A DNA stretch of 64,000 bases from Eledone cirrhosa (GCA_964016885.1 OZ024741.1:234050001-234114000), one strand, 5' to 3'. Positions 1-12,622 are shown, counted from the stretch's first letter. A program made the numbers and translations. Notes: generated from the sequence alone by a model not told the origin.

Positions 1-230
1 CTACCACAACCACAACCATCACTACCACCAGCACAACAACCATAACTACCATCATTACCGCCATAGCACCAACCATAACAACCACCACCATTACACCAAC
101 CATAACAACAACCATCACAACCACTAGCACAACCATAACAACTATCACCACCATTACACTAACTAGAACCACCACCACCTCCACCTTCACACCAATAACA
201 ACTATAACCTCAACAACTACTAACAAGAAG
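1..230. repeat. Degenerate (CAA/CCA)n trinucleotide low-complexity tract
   Basis: Runs of ACCACC/ACAACA/ACCATA. Confidence 0.85.
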
Positions 231-234
231 CTAA

Positions 235-612
235 TGATGGAACCTCTACATAGTCACTCAACCTGCTAGAAATAGCAACCAACTCTCCTTCAAATCACAT
301 TCTCCTTTCATAAAACAAAAGAGTACAACAGATAATATAACCCTAGATAGTTCTAAAAAGACAGAATAGTCATGGTTGGAATGCTTTTGGCCATAGTTTT
401 CTGTTCAATCAATGATGACCAAAAGATAAACCACCACAACAACAGCATCACTTCTTCAGCAAACAAGGAAGCTTCTGTGTGGTCATTCCAACTGCTAGAT
501 ATAACAACCAAATTTCCCTCAAATCATAACTAATTGTCTTGTAAAACAAACATTACATTAGATAATGCAATCCTTGATCACGATTACCAAGGTTGGACTA
601 TCTTTGATCAAA
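235..612 (+). mobile_element. Two copies of a dispersed SINE-like repeat (GCTAGAAATAGCAACCAAATCTCCCTCAAATCAC...), also near 14605, 15270(-), 16020(-), 43870, 59320, 60620
   Basis: The same ~180-bp sequence recurs in both orientations, often next to (CAA)n. Confidence 0.65.
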
Positions 613-1349
613 GGTGTAACATCTGTGCTTTTCCCCAATATTTAAACAAGAGAAATGAAGTGAGATGATGACAATTGGGAATGAAAACCAGGTGATGTTA
701 TCTTTACTTTCCTATCTTTATGAGATTACTGTAATCCTTTCATATCTTACATAAATCCTTATCATTATCAGTTCTGACAATCACTGTTCCTGTTTGTCCA
801 CCCAAGAAATGTCTTATTCATTAAACTAGTTAAATTATCATTTAAGTGGCTGAGTATTCTTCCTTTACTTGTCAGGGAGATTCAGCTTGGCACAGTGTGT
901 GACAAGGCTGGCCCTCTGTGTTACAGATACACTTCATCTGACAGGCTTCCAAACAGTTTTTGTCAACCTATTTTCACTAACAAGGCCTGGGTCAAACCAA
1001 GGTTATGGTAAAAGTCACCCACTCAAGATGCCATGCAGTGGAACCAAAACTGGAACCCTCATGATTGTGAAACAAACTTCTTAACCATTTGGCTATGCGG
1101 CCTCCATTTATGATCATCATTATCATCATAACCATACCACACACACACACACAGAAGTCAAACATACAAGGTGTTACATACAATACCCCCATAACATTCA
1201 CAGCACCCAAACAGGGAACCCAAACAGAGTACTCACAGGTAATCACAATTTACACTAACAGAAACAAATAACAAGAATAGTGTACAAATAGTATGTAGTC
1301 CCCTCTCTAGAAATGGGAGACTCACTAGAATTGACATGAATGGAGGGTG

Positions 1350-1630
1350 CTGACATGTCAGCTCTCCTCCCTCTCCACTGAGTCCCTAATTTCTATCATG
1401 TCAGCCCTACCTCCTCTCCACTGGGTCCTTAATTTCTATCTTGTCAGCTCTTCCCACATCCTCTAGGTCCCTAATTTCTATCATGTCAGCCCCCCCTCCC
1501 CCACTAATTTTGCTAGGCCCTCAATTTCTATCATGTCACCCCTTCCCATTCTGCTGGGTCCCCAAATTTCTATCATATCAGTCACTACCATCCACTCCTG
1601 GGTCCCCAATTTCTATCATGTCAGCCCTAT
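1350..1630. repeat. ~40-bp minisatellite, about 7 diverged units (CTAATTTCTATCATGTCAGCCC...)
   Basis: Recurring AATTTCTATCATGTCA core about every 40 bp. Confidence 0.85.
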
Positions 1631-1849
1631 TTGGGCAGTCCTGTTCTCCACAGCAAATCAACTTTAGTAAACTTATAAAGAACACAAACTGACACACTAC
1701 ACATCATCACAAGTTTTATACACTCAACACCCGATAACCATCTTCAGAACAAGCCAAAAATAAAAAAAAAAGGGTTGCTCAGTTTTTTTAGGATATTTAG
1801 TAAAAATTGACATGAATAATTTTGAAACTCTTTTTGATGCATCTATTCA

Positions 1850-2283
1850 ATGAATCAACCATTATCATCGATGACTGCTTCAGTACGAGGCCTGAAATGA
1901 TGACATGTCCGAATCAGATGATCTTTATCTATTTGGGATATTGTGTTAGTTATGGCAGACTTCAGAGATTTTATAGTGTTATGGGAGTGTTGATTGACAT
2001 CTCTCTCAATTACACCCCATACATAGTAACCCAATTTGCTTAACATGTGCTTTACATGGACCAGACGGTTATCTTTTTGTCCTTGCAGACATGAATTGGC
2101 CTCTCCACATCACATGGCTTGCATTGAAGCTCCTCGTGCACAATTGTTCCAATAGTGCGCCTTGAAACCTTGAGCTCCTTAACAATAGTGCTAATTGGCA
2201 TTCTGGGGCTCTTATCAATAATTTTCTTAACCTTTTGTACAAATTTGGGTGTTCTGGTGGCATTAGGACCCTTAGCATACATT
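1850..2283 (-). pseudogene. Internally deleted Tc1/mariner-superfamily transposase remnant (resembles DD37D/maT type)
   Basis: HTH-like RTPKFVQKVKKIIDKSPRMPISTIVKELKVSRRTIGTIVHEEL and WRGQFMS, joined to C-terminal YYVWGVIERDVN...SLKSAI...FRPRTEAVIDDNG; catalytic core missing. Confidence 0.7.
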
Positions 2284-5200
2284 TTGGTGGTGTGGTGTAG
2301 AGAATGACCTGGGTGGTGTGGTGTAGAGAATTGTGGTGTGGTGTAGAGAATGACCTGGGTGGTGTAGAGAATGACCTGGGTGGTGTGGTGTAGAGAATGA
2401 CCTGGGTGGTGTGCTGTAGAGAATGGTGGTGTGGTGTAGAGAATGACCTGGGTGGTGAGGTGTAGAGAATGGTGGTGTGGTGTAGAGAATGGCCTGGGTG
2501 GTGAGGTGTAGAGAATGGTGGTGTGGTGTAGAGAATGACCTGGGTGGTGTGGTGTAGAGAATGGTGGTGAGGTGTAGAGAATGACCTGGGTGGTGTGGTG
2601 TAGAGAATGGTGGTGAGGTGTAGAGAATGACCTGGGTGGTGTGGTGTAGAGAATGGTGGTGAGGTGTAGAGAATGACCTGGGTGGTGTGGTGTAGAGAAT
2701 TGTGGTGTAGAGAATGGCGGTGTGGTGTAGAGAATGGTGGTGTGGTGTAGAGAATGACCTGGGTGGTGAGGTGTAGAGAATGGTGGTGTGGTGTAGAGAA
2801 TGACCTGGGCGGTGTAGTGTAGAGAATGGTGGTGAGGTGTAGAGAATGACCTGGATGGTGTGGTATAGAGAATGGTGGTGAGGTGTAGAGAATGACCTGG
2901 GTGGTGTGGTGTAGAGAATGGTGGTGTGGTGTAGAGAATGGTGGTGTGGTGTAGAGAATGACCTGGGTGGTGTGGTGTAGAGAATGGTGGTGAGGTGTAG
3001 AGAATGACCTGGGTGGTGTGCTGTAGAGAACTGTGGTGAGGTGTAGAGAATGACCTGGGTGGTGTGGTGTAGAGAATTGTGGTGAGGTGTAGAGAATGAC
3101 CTGGGTGGTGTGGTGTAGAGAATTGTGGTGAGGTGTAGAGAATGACCTGGGTCGTATGGTGTAGAGAATGACCTGGGTGGTGTGGTGTAGAGAATTGTGG
3201 TGAGGTGTAGAGAATGACCTGGGTGGTGTGGTGTAGAGAATGACCTGGGTGGTGTGGTGTAGAGAATTGTGGTGAGGTGTAGAGAATGACCTGGGTGGTG
3301 AGGTGTAGAGAATGGTGGTGTGGTGTAGAGAATGACCTGGGTGGTGAGGTGTAGAGAATGGTGGTGTGGTGTAGAGAATGACCTGGGTGGTGTGGTGTAG
3401 AGAATTGTGGTGAGGTGTAGAGAATGACCTGGGTGGTGTGGTGTAGAGAATTGTGGTGAGGTGTAGAGAATGACCTGGGCGGTGTGGTGTAGAGAATGAC
3501 CTGGGTGGTGTGGTGTAGAGAATTGTGGTGTAGAGAATGGCGGTGTGGTGTAGAGAATGGTGGTGTGGTGTAGAGAATGACCTGGGTGGTGAGGTGTAGA
3601 GAATGGTGGTGTGGTGTAGAGAATGACCTGGGCGGTGTAGTGTAGAGAATGGTGGTGAGGTGTAGAGAATGACCTGGATGGTGTGGTATAGAGAATGGTG
3701 GTGAGGTGTAGAGAATGACCTGGGTGGTGTGGTGTAGAGAATGGTGGTGTGGTGTAGAGAATGGTGGTGTGGTGTAGAGAATGACCTGGGTGGTGTGGTG
3801 TAGAGAATGGTGGTGAGGTGTAGAGAATGACCTGGGTGGTGTGCTGTAGAGAACTGTGGTGAGGTGTAGAGAATGACCTGGGTGGTGTGGTGTAGAGAAT
3901 TGTGGTGAGGTGTAGAGAATGACCTGGGTGGTGTGGTGTAGAGAATTGTGGTGAGGTGTAGAGAATGACCTGGGTCGTATGGTGTAGAGAATGACCTGGG
4001 TGGTGTGGTGTAGAGAATTGTGGTGAGGTGTAGAGAATGACCTGGGTGGTGTGGTGTAGAGAATGACCTGGGTGGTGTGGTGTAGAGAATTGTGGTGAGG
4101 TGTAGAGAATGACCTGGGTGGTGAGGTGTAGAGAATGGTGGTGTGGTGTAGAGAATGACCTGGGTGGTGAGGTGTAGAGAATGGTGGTGTGGTGTAGAGA
4201 ATGACCTGGGTGGTGTGGTGTAGAGAATTGTGGTGAGGTGTAGAGAATGACCTGGGTGGTGTGGTGTAGAGAATTGTGGTGAGGTGTAGAGAATGACCTG
4301 GGCGGTGTGGTGTAGAGAATGACCTGGGTGGTGTGGTGTAGAGAATTGTGGTGTAGAGAATGGCGGTGTGGTGTAGAGAATGGTGGTGTGGTGTAGAGAA
4401 TGACCTGGGTGGTGAGGTGTAGAGAATGGTGGTGTGGTGTAGAGAATGACCTGGGCGGTGTAGTGTAGAGAATGGTGGTGAGGTGTAGAGAATGACCTGG
4501 ATGGTGTGGTATAGAGAATGGTGGTGAGGTGTAGAGAATGACCTGGGTGGTGTGGTGTAGAGAATGGTGGTGTGGTGTAGAGAATGGTGGTGTGGTGTAG
4601 AGAATGACCTGGGTGGTGTGGTGTAGAGAATGGTGGTGAGGTGTAGAGAATGACCTGGGTGGTGTGCTGTAGAGAACTGTGGTGAGGTGTAGAGAATGAC
4701 CTGGGTGGTGTGGTGTAGAGAATTGTGGTGAGGTGTAGAGAATGACCTGGGTGGTGTGGTGTAGAGAATTGTGGTGAGGTGTAGAGAATGACCTGGGTCG
4801 TATGGTGTAGAGAATGACCTGGGTGGTGTGGTGTAGAGAATTGTGGTGAGGTGTAGAGAATGACCTGGGTGGTGTGGTGTAGAGAATTGTGGTGAGGTGT
4901 AGAGAATGACCTGGGTGGTGTGGTGTAGAGAATGACCTGGGTGGTGTGGTGTAGAGAATTGTGGTGAGGTGTAGAGAATGACCTGGGTGGTGAGGTGTAG
5001 AGAATGGTGGTGTGGTGTAGAGAATGACCTGGGTGGTGAGGTGTAGAGAATGGTGGTGTGGTGTAGAGAATGACCTGGGTGGTGTGGTATAGAGAATGGT
5101 GGTGTGGTGTAGAGAATGACCTGGGTGGTGTGGTGTAGAGAATGACCTGGGTGGTGTGGTGTAGAGAATTGTGGTGTAGAGAATGGCGGTGTAGTGTAGA

Positions 5201-6054
5201 GAATGGCCTGGGTGGTGAGGTGTAGAGAATGGTGGTGTGGTGTAGAGAATGACCTGGGTGGTGTGGTGTAGAGAATGGTGGTGTGGTGTAGAGAATGACC
5301 TGGGTGGTGTGGTGTAGAGAATGACCTGGGTGGTGTGGTGTAGAGAATTGTGGTGTAGTGTAGAGAATGGCCTGGGTGGTGAGGTGTAGAGAATGGTGGT
5401 GAGGTGTAGAGAATGACCTGGGTGGTGTGGTGTAGAGAATTGTGGTGAGGTGTAGAGAAGGACCTGGGTGGTGTGGTGTAGAGAATGACCTGGGTGGTGT
5501 GGTGTAGAGAATAACCTGGGTGGTGTGGTGTAGAGAATGACCTGGGTGGTGTGGTGTAGAGAATGGTGGTGAGGTGTAGAGAATGACCTGGGTGGTGTGA
5601 TGTAGAGAATGACCTGGGTGGTGAGGTGTAGAGAATGACCTGGGTGGTGAGGTGTAGAGAATGACCTGGGTGGTGAGGTGTAGAGAATGACCTGGGTGGT
5701 GAGGTGTAGAGAATGACCTGGGTGGTGTGGTGTAGAGAATTGTGGTGAGGTATAGAGAATGACTTGGGTGGTGTGGTGTAGAAAATGACCTGGGTGGTGT
5801 GGTGTAGAGAATTGTGGTGAGGTATAGAGAATGACCTGGGTGGTTGTGTTGTAGAGAATGACCTGGGTGGTGTGGTGTAGAGAATGACCTGGGTGGTGTG
5901 TTGTAGAGAATGACCTGGGTGGTGTGGTGTGGAGAATAATGTAGGTATGGTGGTGTGGTGTAGAAAATTACTTAGGTATGGTGGTGTGGTGTAGAAAATC
6001 ACTTAGGTATGGTGGTGTGGTGTAGAAAATCACTTAGGTATGGTGGTGTGGTGT
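2284..6054. repeat. 3.8-kb G/T-rich minisatellite of 26-, 20- and 15-bp variant units with an 823-bp higher-order repeat
   Basis: Units GTGTAGAGAATGACCTGGGTGGTGTG, GTGTAGAGAATGGTGGTGTG and GTGTAGAGAATTGTG; rare variants recur exactly 823 bp apart. Confidence 0.95.
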
Positions 6055-6949
6055 AAGATGGGGCAATCGGACTTTCCGTTGCCCTGCTCCGATTTTTTTT
6101 TACCCCCAACTCCAACCCTAACACTGGAGAAGAGAGGATGAAAGGTCGAGGGTCCCCACCGTCTTCCTCATGTTTTCCGGGGGGAGGGAATATCTTTGCA
6201 ACATGTTCGAGGTAAGACTAGTTGGTAGCACACACAAAAAAAAAAAATAGAAATAAGAAAACTCTTGCTGTCAGTTATCCCCGCCTTCTTCCGGAGGGGG
6301 GGTTTACCATATTAGTAGGTAAATTTAATTGTTATGATAGCACACGAAAACAAAAAATTCCATTCATGTGTGTCTGTATTTATCTGTGCATGCCAGCGTG
6401 TTAGTGTACGCGTGTATGAATGCATATATGTCAATGTGTACGCGTGTTCGTCTGTTTATCAATGTAAATGTATGTGTTAGTGTAACGTCTGTAAATACAT
6501 ATATTTTTTTAATGCATTTATCAGAAACAGAGAGAGAGAATAAATAAATATAATATAACTACAACACAGAGGATAAGAAAGTATAATATAATGAAGGCAG
6601 GCAGCTGAGAGCATTTTTTTTTCTTTTTTACAACTCAATAGACACGAAAGGACAATTAATACATCAAAAGTCGCAACAAAAAATAAATGGCAAAACAAAA
6701 GAGAAACTAGGAAGGGTGCCAAAAATGGAAATGTAAATAATTGCTGACTTAACGACACTGAAACAAAGCTTTCGAATCACAGGTTTAAACATTTTTTTAT
6801 TTTTTTTATTAATTTTCAGAATAAAATTTACAAATGATATTTGTTCTATTATTTTATTTTAGCAACTTTATACAGTCATCATCATCATCATTTATTGTCC
6901 CTTTACTCACCTGCCTGCGAGATTTGGATATATTATTTTTATTTAGACA

Positions 6950-7120
6950 TTTTTTCTAATTACAACCCGCCCGTCCCCTCAATCTATCTTATTTCTCATT
7001 CTTTCTTCTGATAAAGGACTAGCGTCCGAAACGTCAAAACCCTCTTCCTGCTATTTCAGGCGTTAACCTAATATATTCCTTACATTTACTGTTCCGATTG
7101 TGTTGTTATTTCTGTTTACC
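6950..7120 (+). mobile_element. PLE-like terminal fragment with minimal hammerhead motif at 7004-7039
   Basis: CTGATAA A GGAC TAGC GTCC GAA ACGT C; 3' tail ends at a CA/TA microsatellite; inverted homolog at 7415-7600. Confidence 0.65.
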
Positions 7121-7130
7121 TTTTACATAT

Positions 7131-7160
<30 letters not shown>

Positions 7161-7163
<3 letters not shown>

Positions 7164-7358
7164 ACGAAGGAAGTGTGGTAAGGAACCAGGTGGACCATAA
7201 CGCACCAGAGGACTCGATACTTTGGGTAGTAGAGTGGGTAATAGGAAAATAATCAGGACCCCGACGGCAGAGCTCAAGCCGTTTCGATGGCTATTTCTGG
7301 ACTCCAGGAATAGCCGTCGAAACGGCTTGAGTTCTGCCGTCGGGGTCCTGACTCTTTT

Positions 7359-7363
<5 letters not shown>
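7161..7363 (-). mobile_element. (TA)n-embedded tail-plus-hairpin element (family B) with HHR-like fold and atypical core
   Basis: Inverted repeat 7241-7363; homologs at 29622-29801 and 12623-12697 (tail only). Confidence 0.8.
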
Positions 7364-7414
<51 letters not shown>

Positions 7415-7415
<1 letters not shown>

Positions 7416-7600
7416 GTGTAAACAGAAATAACAAAACAAACAGCACAGTACCCGGAAGGAATATATTAGTTTAACGTTTGAAATAGAAGAAAGAGGGTCT
7501 TAACGTGTTGGACGCTAGTCTATCATCAGAAGCAAAAATGAGAAATTAAAGAAGAAATATAAAGATTGAGGTGATGGGCAGTGCGACAACGGGAAAAAAT
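7415..7600 (-). mobile_element. Inverted, diverged copy of the 6950-7120 element with degenerate HHR (7499-7532)
   Basis: Reverse complement reads CTT CTGATGA TA GAC TAGC GTC CAACACGTT AAG and aligns with 6960-7118. Confidence 0.65.
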
Positions 7601-8085
7601 ATACACACGTTGGCTAGAGAGCAGGTGGCAGATTGAGAACAGCCACTAGATATAGTGGTTAGCTGCAAAATAAAGAAGTAGAAATGTCCGATGAATAAGC
7701 AGTCCTGGAACATTCAGCAGCATGATAAAGTGATGAGTGGGTGGCATTACTGAATCTAAAAATTTCCCCCAGAGCTGATGTGGAACTGTGACAAGGCGAG
7801 AAAGGGCCACCTTAAATAAGTTTTATACTCATCCAAGTGCCTGATCAGCAGGTACTGAGTTGACATTGTTGTGTGCGAAATGAGTAAGATACAGGAGGTG
7901 AACCGTGAACCTCCTTAAACAATACAGGCCAGTGGCATGAGTCAGTAAATCATCTACACAAAACATAGAAGCCCACTGGTGGTGGCAGGGTGCATAACTG
8001 AGGGAAACTGATCCTCTATACTCTAATAAGAGTGAAGAGCCAATAATAATAATAATAATATACACACATACACATATATAATATA

Positions 8086-8913
8086 CGAGGTGGTATCAAA
8101 AAGTTCCCAGACTATTATGTTTAAAAAAATCTAATACATTTACCTAGGTTTTAACATCATCTCCTTCGAAATAGGTACTTTGCACAGCAATACACTGGCC
8201 CCAGCATTCCTGCCACTTTTGGAATTTGGCCTGGAAGTCGTTTTCTGTAAACGGGTTGAGGACCTTGTGATTTGCTCTGGGTCTTGGCAACACTGTTAAA
8301 ACATCAACCTTTCAGCTGCATTTTCAGCTTGGAGAAGAGATGGGAGTCTGCAGGTGCTAAATCTGGTGAATAAGGCAGGTGCGGAAGCGATACAATGTTT
8401 TAGGTGAGAAACTCATGAGTGAGGAGAGCTCGTTGACAGGGTGCATTGTCATCATGAAGAATCCAATTCTTCACACTCCACAGATCCAGTCGCTTTCGCC
8501 AATCATCTTCCCTCAAATGCCTCAAAATGTTGCAGTAGAACTTTTGATTGACAGTCTTGCCCTGAGGGCTGAATTTTTGATACACGATACTGCAGATACA
8601 AAAAAAAAAACGATGAACATGCTCTTGATTGAGCTGCAGCTCTGTCGTACCTTCTTCAGTCATGGAGTTGAAGGGCTTTTCCACTGTGTCGACTGCTGCT
8701 TTGTCTTAGGGTACCCGTAGACCCAACTCTCATCACCGGAGATGATCCTCAACACGATGGACAGGTCATCAGCAGAAAATTGGCTCTTTGTTTTTGATGT
8801 CACTCAGCACACTGGCGTATGAAGGTCAGTGCTAGCTCTCACTGTGTGCGCAACATGCTGCCATCTGTTGGCATACTACAGAACTAGTCCAGAAACTTTT
8901 TGATACCACCTTG
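8086..8913 (-). mobile_element. Decayed mariner DNA transposon (internally deleted)
   Basis: TIRs CGAGGTGGTATCAAAAAGTT / AACTTTTTGATACCACCTTG flanked by TA; remnant GKTVNQKFYCNILRHLRE...WILHDDNAPCQRA. Confidence 0.9.
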
Positions 8914-9114
8914 TATATATATATAGCAAATGTATGTATATAAATATATAGCAAATGTAGTTGAAAAAGGAGGCAAAATTCCATACAAATCAAAAATTAT
9001 AGGTAAAAAGTAAAAGTGAAAAAGCAGTGGTATATTTAAAGATTATTTTTTTCTTTCACCCAACAATGAATATTTTTATAATTGTTACATTAAATGGATT
9101 TAAATTTTGTCAAA

Positions 9115-9153
9115 TATTACCGGTTTCAATTAGTATGTGAATCTTATCAAATA
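9115..9153 (-). ncRNA. Minimal type I hammerhead motif, U3-A8 core variant
   Basis: Minus strand UAU UUGAUAA GAUU-cacauacu-AAUU GAA ACCGGU A AUA; palindromic stem III. Confidence 0.6.
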
Positions 9154-9773
9154 AAAACGTTTGTGGGCAATTAGAACATATGTGAATTTTCTGTCAAAAT
9201 TTCTTCGTGAAGGTAGGGCAGCGATGGTGGAAGTGGGGTTGAACAGATCAGGGTTCAATTGATTCACTAGAAAATTCTCTTGGTTTAAATAGAAAATCCT
9301 AGATGGCTTTTCTTTGTGCTATAGTGTATGTGAATGCATTTAGGAAGGCTCTTCTTGTGTCAAAAGATCAAATTATTTTCAGGGTTTGTAAAAATAGCTA
9401 GAGTTAGCTATAAATGGATGAACAGTTTTTCTTTTGTCATGTGGTGTGTGTGCACGTGGGGTTCCATTAAGTTTATTTTTAGAGTTTGTAAATAAAAGCA
9501 AGAAGGGAAATAAAATAAAAATACAAGTATATGCATAAACATGGTTGAGGGGGGGGGGGGGGGGGGGGTCAAATGTATATATACATAAATAAGACCATTA
9601 TTGCTCCAATCAGTCCACAAAATACTTGGCAACCATCCTTAACTGAATGCCAGCCTGCGATTATGACTCCAAATTCGAACATGGACCACCCACTTTCCTA
9701 AACTACAACAGTAACCAAATAGGGGAAGACATATGTTATCAAGCTGCAGCTGTCATATTAGTAGTTTCTATAT

Positions 9774-9912
9774 AATTGTTTCTACTTTTGGCACAAGGCC
9801 AGCAATTACCCAGTGTATTACTGGTACTTTATTTTATCGACCCCGTAAGGATGAAAGGCAAAGTTAACCTCGGCGGGATTTGAACTCAGAATGGCAAGGG
9901 CCGTAACTCTAT
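9774..9912 (-). mobile_element. tRNA-derived SINE, partial copy of the dominant family
   Basis: B-box GAGTTCAAATCC then GAGGTTAACTTTGCCTTTCATCC...GTAGAAACAATTA on the minus strand. Confidence 0.85.
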
Positions 9913-11299
9913 GCGAGTAGTTTCTATATAATAAAGCTATTATTATCTGCAGTGACTAAGACATACATGTATGTGTATATATACACACACACATACATAT
10001 ATGCCATAGTTACTGAAGATAAAAATAGCTATTATTACATTTGCTATAAACAAGTATATACACATTTATATATCATCACAAACTCCTTTCATTGCTGTCA
10101 TTAACCAATAAACTTAATATAAGACCCCCAAAACAGTCAAAACCAACCATTACTCTGGCTTCAATATTTTTGCTTTATGCACCTTTCCATCAATGCATAA
10201 AAATGGAATATTCAATTCAATGGGGATTGGGTTGCCAACCATCCACTCTACATCTCTTTCTTCATCCTTGACAACTCCCACTTGGAAGTCGCCAAGTGAG
10301 AATGAGGAATTTTACAAACACCCATGGGGAGCATGTCAGCAGAAGAAAGGGTACAACTGTTATGTTCCTGCATGATTCTTTTATGGCAGACATATTCTCC
10401 AACAGCTACTGTGAATCAGTTTCTGTGCACAACAAGGCCAATGATTTGGCCATAACTGGGCTTCATAGGTCACCCTGAACACCTCTAGTGTGAATCAAAG
10501 AAATGCCTCAACAGCATTAAGTGTTTTATGATTTTTCACACACACACTCACCTTCACCAACATCAAAACATCTTGGCAGATATTTGTAGTCGGTTTCAAA
10601 TATATACACAAAACACACTCCATCAGATTTTGTGAACAAAACTAAGTGCAAACTTCCTAGAAATAGAAAAATAATCTTAACAAAGAAACTCATCAATAAC
10701 CAATGAACAGTTCAGGAGGACTGGGCCATTGAGAAAATTAAATTCAGTCCCAAAGTGTTCTTTTCATTTGTAAAAAAATACAAGTTCACTGTCACCTTTG
10801 ATTCATGAAAATAACATTCTTCATGATAATACTGAAACCATGGTTGAGATACTCCAGAAACAATACTGCTGTTTTCAGCAATCCTGTTATGGTTGATCTG
10901 GACAGTATCAATGATGTTAACCACACACCATATCTGACATGTTTGATGCCCCTGATATCTTAGATCCACCTTGAATACTGTTGCACCCCAGAGGTCAATT
11001 ACAAAAAAGATTGATGGCATGACAGGCCCTGACTATTAGGGTCAACTAGAGAACTCAAACTCTATTCTATCTAACACCACTGTAAGAGTTATATCATTTG
11101 TATGATGTTGAAAATATTCCATCAACATTGCCCAACTAATATTGGGCTCAACTATAAAATCAACCAAAGACTTGGTGCCCCTGCTATCTGCCCCCAACAA
11201 AAATCAACCTCACATTACCTCATGTTACAACTTCAACTGGTCCTGCTCACTATATCATACAAAGGTGCATCAAGACAGAAAAAGATCCCATAAAATTCG

Positions 11300-12330
11300 A
11301 AAGGTCATTGGACACTCTGTTTCAACATTCTCAGTTTGCTCAGGGGATTCTCTGAATTTGGATGCAATAGTATCTGCACAAATAGTCGCCCTGGACCTGC
11401 TAGTTTTGTGGGCTTCTGTACTGTAGCTTTAGGTAGTCTCAAGTTGCAGATAACTAGATAGTGATCAGTTGTCAGCTCAGCCCCCCCCCCCCCCTTAACA
11501 GGAACATCCAGCACAGAATCAAAGAGATCAGAGACAATAACAAAATCAATTATTTATCTCTGTCCCTGATTCCCCATACCATGTGTATTTATGGATATCT
11601 GTGTTGAAATGTGTTCATAATAGAGTATATTGCTAGAATAGAAGGCCAGTAAGGCCTCTCCATTCGTATTTAGATGAGGGTTACCATTCATTCCAATCAC
11701 TCCTTTCCATGTCAGGTGGCCAATACCAACATGTGCATTGAAGTCTCCCATCAGGATATAAGACTCAGTCATAACTACATCTAATGTTGCAGTGACTTCA
11801 TCAAGGAAGGACCTGAATTCAGACTCATTGTTTGGTACATAAACTTGCAGCACCCACAGAGACCTATCTTTTAGCCTAAGCTTCAAGATGCAAATCCTCT
11901 CTCCTAATGGGATCCAGTCCATAACACATTCTGACAGCTGGTGGCTTGTGAATATTCCCACTCCCACCTGAATAGTGGAGTTTCTATCCTCCATTCAAAT
12001 CTACAGTATCAGCGCCACAGAAATTTGTTGAGGAGACCCCGACTATATCTAGCCTCCTCCACACCTGTAAGTGTTGTGATGTTCCAGGTTCCAATTGTCA
12101 AGGTTTGCTCTATTCCAGACCCTCTTGGGGGCCTTGGGATATACCATCTTTGTATGTCCATCCCACACCTCCCAGGACAGGTCGCAGGCCCATCGCCAGT
12201 TTTTACGGCATGAAATGGAGACTGTAATATATTTTTCGAACAGGCCCCTCTACCTAAGGCCTGAATGCGTTCCTTGTTAACCCACGCGAAGAACGATGCG
12301 GTATGGTTCTTTTTAGTTTTCCTCATCATG
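11300..12330 (-). mobile_element. RTE-type LINE 5' fragment, frameshifted APE endonuclease domain
   Basis: LTIGTWNITTL, GVGIF, LQVYVPN, ILMGDFNAHVG, TDHYLVICNL motifs. Confidence 0.88.
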
Positions 12331-12622
12331 TTTCAGTGGTCTTATTTGTGCAGTCATCAATCTGGTACTTTGTCAAACCCGCGAAACTAGGCTTTTTCAG
12401 AGGCGGCGGCCCTTACTCGCCTCGTCGTAGCTACGTCACTGGGTTGTGAGAGATTTCTTGGGAGCTACAAGTGTCACTCATTGCTACATAGTAGTTTACC
12501 ACTGTTGTTCCGAGGTTGCTTATTCGTTCGGCAACTGCCCACATATCGCATCTATCATATTTGGTGGCTGTATCTATCCGCCACCTGTGACACGTTTCCT
12601 AGCAAAACAGATATATATATAT

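Noticed and set aside
2052-6002. 1316-aa His/Thr/Pro-rich ORF
   Set aside because: Translation of the minisatellite's stop-free C/A-rich strand; the units are mostly not multiples of 3 and cycle through frames. Only the last ~75 aa are transposase-derived.
2284-6054. CRISPR-like repeat/spacer appearance
   Set aside because: No unique spacers, no cas genes, eukaryotic context
6760-6790. Minus-strand AAAC CUGUGA UUC GAAAGCUU UGUUU as an HHR
   Set aside because: The core lacks A6 and there is no stem II; too short to distinguish from chance
10190-11030. Short ORFs as host exons or a transposase fragment
   Set aside because: No recognisable domain beyond a weak HTH-like stretch; unsupported
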